DNA from: a virus
IMG/VR virus record: IMGVR_UViG_3300021599_001992
Coordinates: 22,066 to 86,065 of that record
DNA: 64,000 nt
Reading direction: 5' to 3' (one strand)
This document shows positions 40,842 through 52,700 of this stretch, piece by piece (positions within the stretch are counted from its first letter, which is position 1; each line of letters opens with the position of its first letter). The translations under genes and the position numbers were made by a program. The notes under the pieces were generated by a model. That model was not told the DNA's origin. It ran no database searches and saw only the letters and a program-made list of their open reading frames with translations.

Positions 40842-43800
40842 ATGATACAAAAACATAGAATATCAACAGATATCGGTCGAGATAAAAAAATTTTAGTCGA
40901 ACTAAATCAAAATTTCGACTTACTTGAAATTTTATCATTAAAATTCAGTCAAAAAGATATATACGCCTCAGTTTGCTCTGATTATGGAGTAGTGTGTGGT
41001 AGAATTAGTGTAAATGACGGATTTGGTGTTCCAAACGCAAAAGTTTCAATTTTCATACCATTATCAGATGAAGATAGTGATGATCCTGTTATTTCAGAAC
41101 TATATCCATTTAAAAAAGTTAACGATAAGAATGAGGAAGGTTATAGATACAATCTATTACCAAGTAGAAAACAACACGGTGGTCATGAACCAACCGGTAC
41201 TTTCCCTGATCAATTGGACATAATGACAAGGGAAGAGGTATTAGAGGTATATGAAAAATACTACAAATACACCGTCAAAACTAACGAAGCGGGTGATTTT
41301 ATGATATGGGGTGTTCCTGTTGGAGAACAGGTTTTACACGTAGATGTGGACTTATCAGATGTTGGATGTTTTTCATTAAGACCGTATGATTTTATAAAAC
41401 AAGGAGAAGGTGTGGATAAATTTAAAAATTCTTACACTTTTAAAGCGTCACCCGATCTCGATTCTTTACCACAAATAAAAAGATTTGATAAAAATATTAT
41501 AGTATATCCTTTTTGGGGTAATGAAGATTTATGTGAAATAGGTATCACAAGAACAGATTTCGATTTATCGGAAGTAGGTGTAAAAATTGAACCAAAGGCA
41601 TATTTGATCGGAGGTATCTACACTGATACTGGAAAAAATAGTGTAAACAAGAATTGTGATGTAAGAAGAAAAATGGGTAGAAAATGCGACTTAACCACAA
41701 AAACGGGTAAGATCGAAGCAATAAGATTTACAACAGAAAGAGATCAAAATAATCGACCAATATTGGAGGTTTATCAAATAGATGAAGATATACCCGAGGA
41801 TGGTGGGTTTGTATTTCCACTACCCATGAACATGGAATATGTGTACACAAATGAATTCGGTGAACTTGAAGTTACAAATGACACAAACAAAGGAATTCCA
41901 ACTGCAGCGTGTTATAGGTTTAGGTTTAGTATGGATGATCAAGGTAACGAAAGAGTTAGAAAAACTGCGAAGTTTTTGGTTCCAAACATTAGAGAATATA
42001 TCGGTTCTCAAACGGCTATTTCATATTCTTTTTCAACAAATTGGAAAGAATATCCCCTACAAGCGGTTAGTGCCGATTCAGATAAAGGAATATTATATAA
42101 TGTAGATGGTCAGTATTATCCAAGAGATTATTTTTACAGATTTTCATATAACAAAGTTTATACCGTTTCGTCATTTCACAGTATGTTTTATGAAAAATCA
42201 ACTTTTAGAAATGATAGATATTTGGGTATAAAAGAAATTGTACCTGCGGAAGAAGAAGATTGTACTGAATATGTTACCCCACCAACAAATTTTGGTAACA
42301 TGAATGTTACCTTCACATTAATATTGGCACAATTTTTATTAATCTTAGAAAATATTTTACTTTTTATAACTTTAATAATTCAAAATTCATTATCGAGATT
42401 ATTTTTTAATTTGGGTAGGGCGGTGGATACGTGGCCGGTTAGAGAAGTTGGTATTGCAATAAAAAGATTTGCATATGTGTTTCAGGAAGAAAACCAAAGA
42501 ACATTAGCATTAATAACATATCCTGAGTGTGAATCTTGTGATGAAGACAATGTGAATAATACGGTTCCACAAAATACGACCACATATTGTGAAGTTGGTT
42601 CGGTAACAGTGTTAGGTATAACACCAGGTGGACAACACGAACAATTTTTTAATGGGGCAATTTCAGGCACACCAATAAATGTTATTCATAATCTTGGTGC
42701 AAACCCAACTATAAAAGTTTATGTGTGGGATGGTAGTGCATATGTACAACTTGTTGATTATTTTTATCCTAATGATCCTGGAACAAATAATACATTTTGG
42801 ATATCAGGTAGAACAAATACAACCAATTTTAATCTTTACATGAATTACACAACCCCAATTAATGGGTATGTGAGAGTAGAGGGAACACCTTCAGTGACTT
42901 TAGCAACTTCAGGTCTCGATAATACAATACCAACTTGTACTAATCCGTCTCCATATGATACACCAACAGGATTCACTATGTCAAATCCAACGGATTATGT
43001 GGATTTCTTATCAAAACAAAACAATTATATTTTACAATCATCAAGTGGTTTGATATATGAATTAAATTCAACAGGAACAAGATATTTTTCAACAGTCGGT
43101 GGTTTTTTAGTTTTATTTGATGAAAACTCAACAATACAAACAACAGAAACTTTTACAATTCTTGATAAGAATACAAAATACATTAATAGTGATGCCACAG
43201 TGGAGGATGGTTGTGATATATACGACACACCATATGATGAAACTTTAATATCATACTACTACACAGGTGTAACAAGACCAACTGAAAACACATCAACAGG
43301 TAATAGTATGCCCGCTGGTAAAATAGTACCATCCTCTTACGTTGGGGGTACAAATGTAACCGCCACAAACTTATCAAATGATGACGGGGTTATTAGAGTT
43401 ACTGATGGTAGTAATAAATGTGACTGTGACTTATTTTATTATAAAGACAAGGATAATCGTAGTGACATATATCCATTAGCAAGTAGATTTGTAGGAGATG
43501 ACTTTGATGATTATTTTGTTAGAAAAACACCAAGTGGTCAATCAGAATTTAGAGACGGAATTTTTTATTTTGTACCCGGCGCACAAACTAATACAAGAGT
43601 AATACAAATTATTAAAGAATACATAAGAAGAAAAAGAGTTGCAAAATTATTTTGTGGAGGAATTGTAAATTATTCTTTCGTAGATAATTGGTTAAGCGGA
43701 TCTTTATATTTTTTCCAATTTAAAGGTAAGAAAAATAAAGTATGTGATAGAATCATTTATACAAAAACACTGACAACAGAAGAAGGTGATATATTTTATG

Positions 43801-45011
43801 AACATTACTATAGGTCAACAAGATATTTAAATGAAAGTAATTGGGGTAAAATTATTGCCTCACGTAGACAATTGAATAATCCTACAACAATTGTAGATTT
43901 AGGACCAAGAGATGAGTTTATTAAGGAAATTTGTGTTGATAAATCTTTAGATCCAAATTGTTCAGTTGTAAGATCAATTGGTCCCACGTCATTTCAAAGT
44001 TTTGGTGAAATAATGGGTATGGCAATTAATTACAGATTAGACGTTAGTAATGGTGATTTTGATTACAAACAATTCTTTAATAATAATGGATTTTCATTAT
44101 CCAATCAAAAAATATTGGATGGTGACATCATGCAATTGATATCAATAAATAATGAAGCGGGTATTGAAGAATTTGATTTACAAAATCCAAAGTACCTCGG
44201 TTATTCATATCAAGTTTTAGATCCTGATGATCCGGCATTTTCTAATGTTTTTAAATCTTCAGGAGTTTATGGTCCGTTACCAATCACACTTTATCTTGAT
44301 GATGATGGTGAAAGAGTTAGATCATGTTTAAATGAGGGTATGCATATAGATTACTACGGTAATAAAGTTGATGGTAGATTGACTGAGGCGTCACAAAAAG
44401 TTCCATTCTTTTTATGGGATAAAAAGGGTACAGGATTTGGTCCATATAATGATAATACACACGACGATCAATCATGGGATTATACCACTGTTCAAGTACA
44501 ACCATTACAAGGTATGACTTACAATTGGGGATATACTGGAGGAGATAATGATTCTTCAGACAAATATCTTTTACTACCGATAACATATAATTTCAGTGGT
44601 ATGTCAATTAATTCTGGTTTACCCGATACAGGATTTGATTTTGAATTTAATGACGTATCATTAAGTGATACAAGAAGTACATTCAGAAAAGAATATCCCG
44701 GTTTCACTATTTTACATGTTAGTTCAGGTACAGTTGATAATCCTCTTTCGGGTACTATGTACACAAGAGTTGGACCCGTAGGACACAATACATCCACACC
44801 ATTTAACGTTGTAGACGGTTGGGCAAGTTTACCTTGGGACAATAGTAAAGATTTTATAATAAGACCAACATTAGATTATTATAGTGGATCGAATAAACAA
44901 ATATTATCAACACCATTCATGTTTTATTTTGGTTTAAGAAACGGTAAGACAGGTGTAGATAAATTTATACAACTATTTGGTGATAAAGGAGCATTTACAT
45001 CTGCAGAATAA
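40842..45011 (+). CDS. Large baseplate-associated structural protein (prealbumin/carboxypeptidase-regulatory-like N-terminus)
   Basis: GVVCGRISVNDGFGVPNAKVSIF, TNEAGDFMIWGVPVG; directly after baseplate J. Confidence 0.55.
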   Translation: MIQKHRISTDIGRDKKILVELNQNFDLLEILSLKFSQKDIYASVCSDYGVVCGRISVNDGFGVPNAKVSIFIPLSDEDSDDPVISELYPFKKVNDKNEEGYRYNLLPSRKQHGGHEPTGTFPDQLDIMTREEVLEVYEKYYKYTVKTNEAGDFMIWGVPVGEQVLHVDVDLSDVGCFSLRPYDFIKQGEGVDKFKNSYTFKASPDLDSLPQIKRFDKNIIVYPFWGNEDLCEIGITRTDFDLSEVGVKIEPKAYLIGGIYTDTGKNSVNKNCDVRRKMGRKCDLTTKTGKIEAIRFTTERDQNNRPILEVYQIDEDIPEDGGFVFPLPMNMEYVYTNEFGELEVTNDTNKGIPTAACYRFRFSMDDQGNERVRKTAKFLVPNIREYIGSQTAISYSFSTNWKEYPLQAVSADSDKGILYNVDGQYYPRDYFYRFSYNKVYTVSSFHSMFYEKSTFRNDRYLGIKEIVPAEEEDCTEYVTPPTNFGNMNVTFTLILAQFLLILENILLFITLIIQNSLSRLFFNLGRAVDTWPVREVGIAIKRFAYVFQEENQRTLALITYPECESCDEDNVNNTVPQNTTTYCEVGSVTVLGITPGGQHEQFFNGAISGTPINVIHNLGANPTIKVYVWDGSAYVQLVDYFYPNDPGTNNTFWISGRTNTTNFNLYMNYTTPINGYVRVEGTPSVTLATSGLDNTIPTCTNPSPYDTPTGFTMSNPTDYVDFLSKQNNYILQSSSGLIYELNSTGTRYFSTVGGFLVLFDENSTIQTTETFTILDKNTKYINSDATVEDGCDIYDTPYDETLISYYYTGVTRPTENTSTGNSMPAGKIVPSSYVGGTNVTATNLSNDDGVIRVTDGSNKCDCDLFYYKDKDNRSDIYPLASRFVGDDFDDYFVRKTPSGQSEFRDGIFYFVPGAQTNTRVIQIIKEYIRRKRVAKLFCGGIVNYSFVDNWLSGSLYFFQFKGKKNKVCDRIIYTKTLTTEEGDIFYEHYYRSTRYLNESNWGKIIASRRQLNNPTTIVDLGPRDEFIKEICVDKSLDPNCSVVRSIGPTSFQSFGEIMGMAINYRLDVSNGDFDYKQFFNNNGFSLSNQKILDGDIMQLISINNEAGIEEFDLQNPKYLGYSYQVLDPDDPAFSNVFKSSGVYGPLPITLYLDDDGERVRSCLNEGMHIDYYGNKVDGRLTEASQKVPFFLWDKKGTGFGPYNDNTHDDQSWDYTTVQVQPLQGMTYNWGYTGGDNDSSDKYLLLPITYNFSGMSINSGLPDTGFDFEFNDVSLSDTRSTFRKEYPGFTILHVSSGTVDNPLSGTMYTRVGPVGHNTSTPFNVVDGWASLPWDNSKDFIIRPTLDYYSGSNKQILSTPFMFYFGLRNGKTGVDKFIQLFGDKGAFTSAE

Positions 45012-46798
45012 TGGAAAAGAAACAAATTATATTACCATCAAAAAAATACAACAAGGCACCCGAAGAAGATATTACGGTTAGAGTTGGTTTAGATAACAAT
45101 GAAACTTTATTAAGAGAAGGTGAAAGAGATATTGTTTTAGATATAAATCAATTGTTTAACGTAGAAAGAAATGAGTGTAAGAAGTATAAGATACACGGTA
45201 AAATAAAAATGATTTTTAGAAACATTTATTCAGGTACCACAACATACGATCCTTTATTAAAAAATCTATATACAGTAACAGAACAAGATAAAAATGATGG
45301 TTTTTTTCCTTATAATGAATTTGCCTTTTTAAGAGACGACACAATAAGAGAAGTTATAACACCATCAAGTGTCAGTGGATCAACTATTGGAACATATAAT
45401 CCTACATTTTCAATTTATGGATATACAGGACATACTGCGATAACCCCAATTAATGCACCATACAAGAATTGGAATTTATACTTAAGTTATATTCATGGTC
45501 AAGATTCAACATATCCAATGAAGTATACTTTCTCTGGTGGTACAACATATAGTTTTACTTCTGCAGATGGAATACCATTTAGAGTTTCACAAGAAGGTAA
45601 CTTTTTTGTTTTAACATCACCCGTAAAACATGGAATGAGTCAGGGTGAATATGTTGTGATTTCAGGCGGAACACTTAATAGTGGTGTTAATGTAACAGGA
45701 AGAACATTTTCTATTGATGCTATTGGAAGTGAAATTTATGATTCTGAAAATTATGTTATTAAATTATTAAAAAGTCAATTTAAAGTAGGATATACCTTAA
45801 CTGGATTAACATTTGTTTTAGGTAAAAGATGTTTAGATAATAAAGATATAACAGGAACAACATCGCAATATTATGTACACAAACATAAAACATTAACAAC
45901 TGTTAATGATTATATTTTAGATAAAGCTGGATTTGAAAGTAATATTTGGGAAAATGAAAAGAAAATTATTTTTGAAAATGCACTCCAAGAAAATGATGTT
46001 ATAGTTGAGAGAAATAGAATGGAGTCGTTAATATTTGATTTTAAAAAACCATTTGTTCTTACAGGAATCACAAATAATTTAAAATATACCCCAACGGATG
46101 CATATGTAACTGTAATTTATAGAAATGCAAATGGTTATTTTAATTATCCACCAAAAATTGGATATAGATTTAATTTTCATGATTCTTGGATAGATAATCA
46201 TTTTAGTGGAAATACCACATTAGAAACTTCAATCTCAGGATCCACATTTACAGGTAACACAAATAACTTAGTTTTTACAGGAGGAACAGAGTTACCAACA
46301 GGAACAACATTAACAGGTGCATATGTTGAATACAATAAAAAAGAATTTAAAGAACGAATAATAAGTGAAGCGTATCATAAAATAACACATAGAAAATCGG
46401 TAAACTCCACAACGTTATTTGATCATGGACAAGATTCTTCATCATTTTATTCGGGTGCAACTCCTAATAATTTAGTAGGATTGTTTTATCAACCACATTA
46501 CAGAATTAAATTAAGACAATTATCACCATTTGTTGAAACGGCAAATACTCGCGACATATTAAATTTACCTGAGAATACGGTTTACGATGAAAAAGATAAA
46601 TTATGGAAATGGAGAGATGTATACGATCATGGTTTTATAGATCAAGAAGGAAATGGAACAGATTACCCATACCTAAATGACCAACATTATGTTATGACTA
46701 ATATCAACTTTCATTTACAAAATGAATTGTTATTTAATAATAAACAAAATGGCGTATTCAAGTTTAATAAGTATAAAAAAGGAAGATTTAAATGTTAA
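45011..46798 (+). CDS. Structural protein (baseplate region), hypothetical
   Basis: 595-aa ORF translationally coupled within the baseplate operon. Confidence 0.55.
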   Translation: MEKKQIILPSKKYNKAPEEDITVRVGLDNNETLLREGERDIVLDINQLFNVERNECKKYKIHGKIKMIFRNIYSGTTTYDPLLKNLYTVTEQDKNDGFFPYNEFAFLRDDTIREVITPSSVSGSTIGTYNPTFSIYGYTGHTAITPINAPYKNWNLYLSYIHGQDSTYPMKYTFSGGTTYSFTSADGIPFRVSQEGNFFVLTSPVKHGMSQGEYVVISGGTLNSGVNVTGRTFSIDAIGSEIYDSENYVIKLLKSQFKVGYTLTGLTFVLGKRCLDNKDITGTTSQYYVHKHKTLTTVNDYILDKAGFESNIWENEKKIIFENALQENDVIVERNRMESLIFDFKKPFVLTGITNNLKYTPTDAYVTVIYRNANGYFNYPPKIGYRFNFHDSWIDNHFSGNTTLETSISGSTFTGNTNNLVFTGGTELPTGTTLTGAYVEYNKKEFKERIISEAYHKITHRKSVNSTTLFDHGQDSSSFYSGATPNNLVGLFYQPHYRIKLRQLSPFVETANTRDILNLPENTVYDEKDKLWKWRDVYDHGFIDQEGNGTDYPYLNDQHYVMTNINFHLQNELLFNNKQNGVFKFNKYKKGRFKC

Positions 46799-47638
46799 AT
46801 GAAAATATTAAGAAAAAATACTGATCAAAAAATATTAATAAATGGTGAACAAGATTTTAAATTAGATCTTGGTTGGCAGGATAATATGGCGGAATTCGAG
46901 GGAGAAGTTCTTAGAGATATTATTAATCCGGCCGATAATTTAGAAACTATTCGTTATATCCATAAAACATATACTTCAAGTACTACAAATATTGAACAAA
47001 CAGATATTTGGTTTAATTTTTATTTTATTGATGAGGCGAGTGGATATACAAATGGGTTAGATTATAATTTAGTTGGTATAACTACAAATGAAAATGTGAA
47101 AATGTTGAAACAGTCTACTGAAAGTTTTTTCAGATTAGAATTTTATAAAACTCCTGGTACCGTTGTTAATAATGTACTAACATGTGAAAAACCAAATAGA
47201 ACAAATCGTAGATTAGTTTTTGCAAAAAATTTATCATTACCATTAGGTGAGAAATATTTTTACACGGGACAAAATTTATACGATAACATATTTGTTCCTG
47301 TTTTTATGGGTTCAAACTATAGAAACAAAGAAAATATGTATTTTTTCTGGTTTGATGATGAAACTGTTTTAGAGGAAACAAATTTAAGTGGAAGTACTAC
47401 GGGAAATACATTCTTTATGAGTGCTAAATTTTTTAATTCAAAAGATGGGTCTATTTTAGATTTTACAAATACGGGAACAAGTATAGGACACCAAGTTGTT
47501 GAATATAGAGACATGTATTATCAAATCGATATTGATAAAATTAATAGAACATATGAAGTGTTTAGATATGATGGAACAAAATCAACAAGAATAGGAAAAA
47601 GAGGAGACCCAATAAAATTTTATGAAAGAAGAGGTTAA
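46799..47638 (+). CDS. Structural protein (baseplate region), hypothetical
   Basis: 279-aa ORF, coupled. Confidence 0.55.
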   Translation: MKILRKNTDQKILINGEQDFKLDLGWQDNMAEFEGEVLRDIINPADNLETIRYIHKTYTSSTTNIEQTDIWFNFYFIDEASGYTNGLDYNLVGITTNENVKMLKQSTESFFRLEFYKTPGTVVNNVLTCEKPNRTNRRLVFAKNLSLPLGEKYFYTGQNLYDNIFVPVFMGSNYRNKENMYFFWFDDETVLEETNLSGSTTGNTFFMSAKFFNSKDGSILDFTNTGTSIGHQVVEYRDMYYQIDIDKINRTYEVFRYDGTKSTRIGKRGDPIKFYERRG

Positions 47639-48777
47639 TGAAAAGAAATAGATACCATATAGTCAAAAAAGTTATACATGATGTAAATCTGTATTCACTA
47701 ACAGAAAAATACTGGATTGATGCATTAAAAAACCTTGTCAGTTGGACGGGTACAACAAATTTAGAGCCAAGTGTTGGGACCATTGTTAAAAATGTTACAG
47801 GTAGTTTACCAACGGGTTATTATAAATGGAATGGAACACAATGGAACACATATACAGGGCCAATTCAAAATGATTATGAAATATTATTACCATTAGAAAG
47901 TACTGTAGATGAGATGGGTGTTATGGTTGGTTTTGATGGTGATATTGAACAAGTTGATCAAATAGTTAATTTTTCATACACACAAAATAATAATGTATTA
48001 ACAATTTACGGAACAACCAATCCTGAGAAACTTAGAACAATAGTTGAACAAACATTCACAATTGATTGGGGTGACAACACAACATCTTCAAATTTTCCAA
48101 TTAATAGTGGTGTTTTAGGAACAGGGTTACCGTCAACTTCACATACGTATACCTATGTTGGAACAACAGGATATACTGTTACAATATCTTTAGATGCACC
48201 ATGGATCAAACAAAAAGTTAGTAAACACATTGTGTTTCCAAAATTTGATGGTACTATCCAAAATCCATTAGGAACATTTTCAGGATTTACAATTCCATAT
48301 ACAACAGGAACAACAGGTTCACAAAATTATATTAATAATTTAGATTATACCAATAACACAGGAAATACTGAGTTCACATATGTTTCTTTTGGAAAAAGTA
48401 GATTAAATGAATTAAAAAAATATGGAAGTACAGGATATACCCAAGTTCTAACATCTGGTAGTGTGACGGGTTCTACAGGTGTGGTAAAGTATACAGGGTA
48501 TACAATAGATACACTAAGTTATAGAGACTATTCTGACGGATATACCATGATTACAGGTCATACATCTGGTTTCACTAAAGAGGAGGTAGTAAACTATGTC
48601 ATAACAAGAAATGAACACTTTATAGGATTTGTTGATGACCCAACAATTTATTCTGACATTTTTGTTGAGAGAGGAAAACAGGGTGTCATGGAGAAAAATT
48701 TTAGATTAGGTGAAATTGACAACATAGGTGAACTTGATATATACGGAAATGGATATTTTAAAATTAAAAAACAATAA
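47638..48777 (+). CDS. Structural protein with PKD-like domain
   Basis: FTIDWGDNT...SHTYT...YTVTI PKD signature. Confidence 0.55.
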   Translation: MKRNRYHIVKKVIHDVNLYSLTEKYWIDALKNLVSWTGTTNLEPSVGTIVKNVTGSLPTGYYKWNGTQWNTYTGPIQNDYEILLPLESTVDEMGVMVGFDGDIEQVDQIVNFSYTQNNNVLTIYGTTNPEKLRTIVEQTFTIDWGDNTTSSNFPINSGVLGTGLPSTSHTYTYVGTTGYTVTISLDAPWIKQKVSKHIVFPKFDGTIQNPLGTFSGFTIPYTTGTTGSQNYINNLDYTNNTGNTEFTYVSFGKSRLNELKKYGSTGYTQVLTSGSVTGSTGVVKYTGYTIDTLSYRDYSDGYTMITGHTSGFTKEEVVNYVITRNEHFIGFVDDPTIYSDIFVERGKQGVMEKNFRLGEIDNIGELDIYGNGYFKIKKQ

Positions 48778-48802
48778 AAATTATATTTATTAATAAAAGT
48801 TT

Positions 48803-49714
48803 ATGGCAGTAGGAAGTTATGGTATAATAAGACCGGCAGACGTATCACCAGCAGATGTAGAGATCATATATCACTACGCATCTGGTAGGACTGCAAACTC
48901 AACAGTTACATATAAAAAGTTAACACCTCAGGATGTGTTAACACCGGTTTACCATAATGGTACTACAGGTGGACAGGCTAATGTTGAAATACTTGGTGGT
49001 TTATACAACCTGAAATTATCTGCATCAGATTTTTCAGAACTTGGGGTGTATACGTTATATATACGACCCAAACAAATTAGAACAAAAATTACAGATTGTG
49101 GTGTTTTGGCGTCTTTACCTTCTGTTAGGGGGTTAATTGTTAATATCGCTGATGTTCCAACTGAAGACAGAAATAAGTTCGTTCCAAGTGGATTGGTTGG
49201 ATATAGAGTTGAATACATAAACACAACTGATAATAAAAAAATACCAAACTTTTATAGGGTCGTAACATCTTCATTTTATTGTACTCCCGTTACGACTAAC
49301 ATGAATAATACCACTAATAAAGCAATAAGATATCAATATAGTGAAAGTGCGACCAATCAGATATTTTTAACTTTAACACCATCATCTGCACCATCAAGTA
49401 AACCGAATACTGTACCATATATTGGTACACCAAATCAAAAAATTATTATAACAAATACTTTTTTGAATCCAACCACAATTGAGATAGAAATGGTTGAACA
49501 TGATGCAACAACTCTCGCACATGCACTTTACGGTAATCAAAGTAAGGCGATTACACCTGGTATTTACACAATTTACGATAATAATAATAACATATACAAG
49601 CAATATAACTTGTATGAAATAAAAGATGAGCTTGATGAAACACTATATGAAATCAGAGAAGAAAGAACTGATATAGATGAAACATTAGGTTTTGATACAA
49701 TTACAGAGGTATAA
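48803..49714 (+). CDS. Structural protein, hypothetical
   Basis: 303-aa ORF preceded by TATTTAT. Confidence 0.55.
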   Translation: MAVGSYGIIRPADVSPADVEIIYHYASGRTANSTVTYKKLTPQDVLTPVYHNGTTGGQANVEILGGLYNLKLSASDFSELGVYTLYIRPKQIRTKITDCGVLASLPSVRGLIVNIADVPTEDRNKFVPSGLVGYRVEYINTTDNKKIPNFYRVVTSSFYCTPVTTNMNNTTNKAIRYQYSESATNQIFLTLTPSSAPSSKPNTVPYIGTPNQKIIITNTFLNPTTIEIEMVEHDATTLAHALYGNQSKAITPGIYTIYDNNNNIYKQYNLYEIKDELDETLYEIREERTDIDETLGFDTITEV

Positions 49715-52700
49715 TGGCAAAAAGAAAAGTCCCGAGTCAGGCTGCAAGTGGTGCGGATACGTTTAATGATAACCTCGTTGGTAATCAGATTACTAATGGA
49801 AGTGCTCAATTAACGAACACGAACTTTGATTTAGATACCTCAACACCAGAAAAAGAATCTAAACAATTTAAAATTAATCCTTTTTCTGAATATTTTACAT
49901 TAGATAAGTTAAAAGTCGATCCTACTGTTACACCGACAACTGAAGAAAGTGTTGTTCAAAAAAAGAAATCTATAAGATTTAGAACATCAAAAAATGATGC
50001 AGGAAAATCATTATATGGTTCTTTAAAAAGTAGATTAAGAGTTTCGATTGAACAAATAATTAAAAAATTTCCTGCTGCTTTATATGTTGATAAGGATAGT
50101 CCTGTAACAATTAGTGGATTAACAGCATTTCAGGCGTCTTATGACATATCATCAAAAACAACTCAATTTAAAATTGAGGCTGCAATGATTTATAATGTTT
50201 TTGATATCAAACTAACAAAACCAAAAGCTGTTGGTGCTAAATCAAGTGAAAATCCATTACGTGATTTATTTTCTTCATTTAAAAAATATGTAGTTGATAT
50301 AAATGGAAATACATATGATATTTTAAATTACACACAACCAAACAGTAGTAATATCATTACACTTAAAGTTAGTGGTAACATTTTTAATAATGCATCAACT
50401 TATAGTAATAGTTTTTTAATTAGACCAAATAACGCGGTTACAGAAGAATTTTTTTTATCTTTAGATGATGTTGAAGAATGTTTATTAAATAGAGATGGAT
50501 CACCAAAATATACAAGTAGATTTAAAGTACCGAGAGATAGTTTCGACCAAACTAAAACAAGTCTTGTTACCGTTGAATACTCTTGGCCGTTATCAAAAGA
50601 TAATTGGAATATACAAATCGTTGGTTTAGATTTTAACGAATACATTACCAATGTCTCGGATATTGCCGATGAAATAGATGATTATAAATCAAATATCGTC
50701 ACTCGTTTTTTAGTTGCACCACAACTTTTTGAATTTGATACTCAAGATCAAAAAACAGAGGCGATATTTCAATTATACGGACAAAGTTTTGATAATATAA
50801 AAAAGTTTATAGACAACATAGCATACATGAGAAATGTTAGTTATGATGGTATAAATAACTTACCCGATATTTTATTAAAAAATTTATCAACAACTTTAGG
50901 TTTAGACACAATTTCATTATTTGATGAAAAAAATTTAGATGAACTTTTATACACAAAAACATCAACACAATATTCAGGATTAACTTTTGGTAGCTCGATT
51001 ATTGATGCGGAATATGAGTTTTATAGAAGAATGCTTATAAATCTTGCATACATCTATAAATCAAAAGGAACTCAAAAATCTTTAAGTTTCTTTTTAAAGT
51101 TTATTGGTGCCGCGGATCCAATGATGAAATTGGAACAGTATGCATATAAAGTAAAATCTTTTCCAAAATCAAACGATTTGGAGAGTGATATATTTGATGT
51201 GATTAATGGTGTTAAAACACTTAATACCGCATCGTTTAATTCAAATACGTATTCATACGAAACTTCATCGGTAACAGGTACAACAAATTTAGATAGAGAT
51301 GGTTATCCCGTAGAAAGAAATAGTACATTACCTAAATTCTTATCAGGATCGTCTGAAAATCAATTTTTTCAGGCGGGATCAGGTTGGTATGATTTAACAT
51401 CCAACCACAGACCAACAACAATTTTAGATGAAGAAAATTCTATATTGACAGGAAGAACTAAAACAGTTGTAACAAAAAATAAACCATATTCATATGGTGA
51501 AGAATATTTTGATAATTTCAGAACATTACCAGGTTTAGATACTGGTTATGATTTGGAACCTATAATTGATTCAGAAAAAACATTACTTAATGAAACTTCT
51601 CCTTTTATTCTTAATAGAAAAAATATAGGAATTTATCTTTCGGTATCACAGACTGTTGATTATGACATATATAGAAAATCAAGAGATCTTGAATTAAGTT
51701 TTGGTAGTGCAACATTGTTACCACAAACAGGATTAACATTTGCTGAATTTTTAGATAAAACAATTCATCAACAAATAACAAATTCACATACAATTAGATA
51801 TAGAAAAAACTATATAAAATTAGAAGACATTTATCAAGATTATATTACAAATAACAATTTTGTACCATATAATTTTCCTGATGTACATGAGTTTATTACA
51901 AGAATGAGTCCGTATTGGACTAAAGTGTTAGATCAAATTATTCCATCAACCACTTTATGGACGGGAGGTAATTTAATTGAAAATAATTTATTTGGTAGAC
52001 CAAAATATCAATATAAATTTGGTTGTCAACCAAAAGAATTTATTGAGGAGTTATATCCTGATTTTGAAAATGCAATAGAGGAAGATATTGAAACTTTATT
52101 AGGTTATGAAGATAATTTTAGAGGATTAATTAACTTAACGGGAGTCACCTATTATCCTGTCATAGAAATAGATGGAATAAAATATGGTGGACCTGATTAT
52201 GATGATTTGACAACAGGAATGACAATCGTAATAAGTGGCACAACATCTGTTTCGGGGTTGAGTGCCGCATTACATACAGGATACACATTAAATACATGTG
52301 AGGGAACATCATCAGCACAAACATTACCTTTAATTTGTGATTATAAAACACATTTAAGTCCTGATGTTGATGCAATAAAAAATTTGTGGAAATCTGCAAT
52401 ATCAACATTAATTGATGAAGGAATCAATAAAACTGTTACAGGATATTCATCAACTGCGGGGTATGAAGATTATGCACCATATACCGCATACACAAGTGGG
52501 ATAACAAGAACTATGGACAATGGTCTTATAGAATATAAACCAAAAATAAAATATAAATTTTTTACCGACGTTGATGGAGTTGAAAAAGTTAAATTTACAT
52601 CTATAAAGTATGGTCCTAATGATTGTTCTGTAGAAAACTATTTTACATATAGTTTTATGACAGACCCATCAATATCACCATCTTGTGATATGTATGTTGA

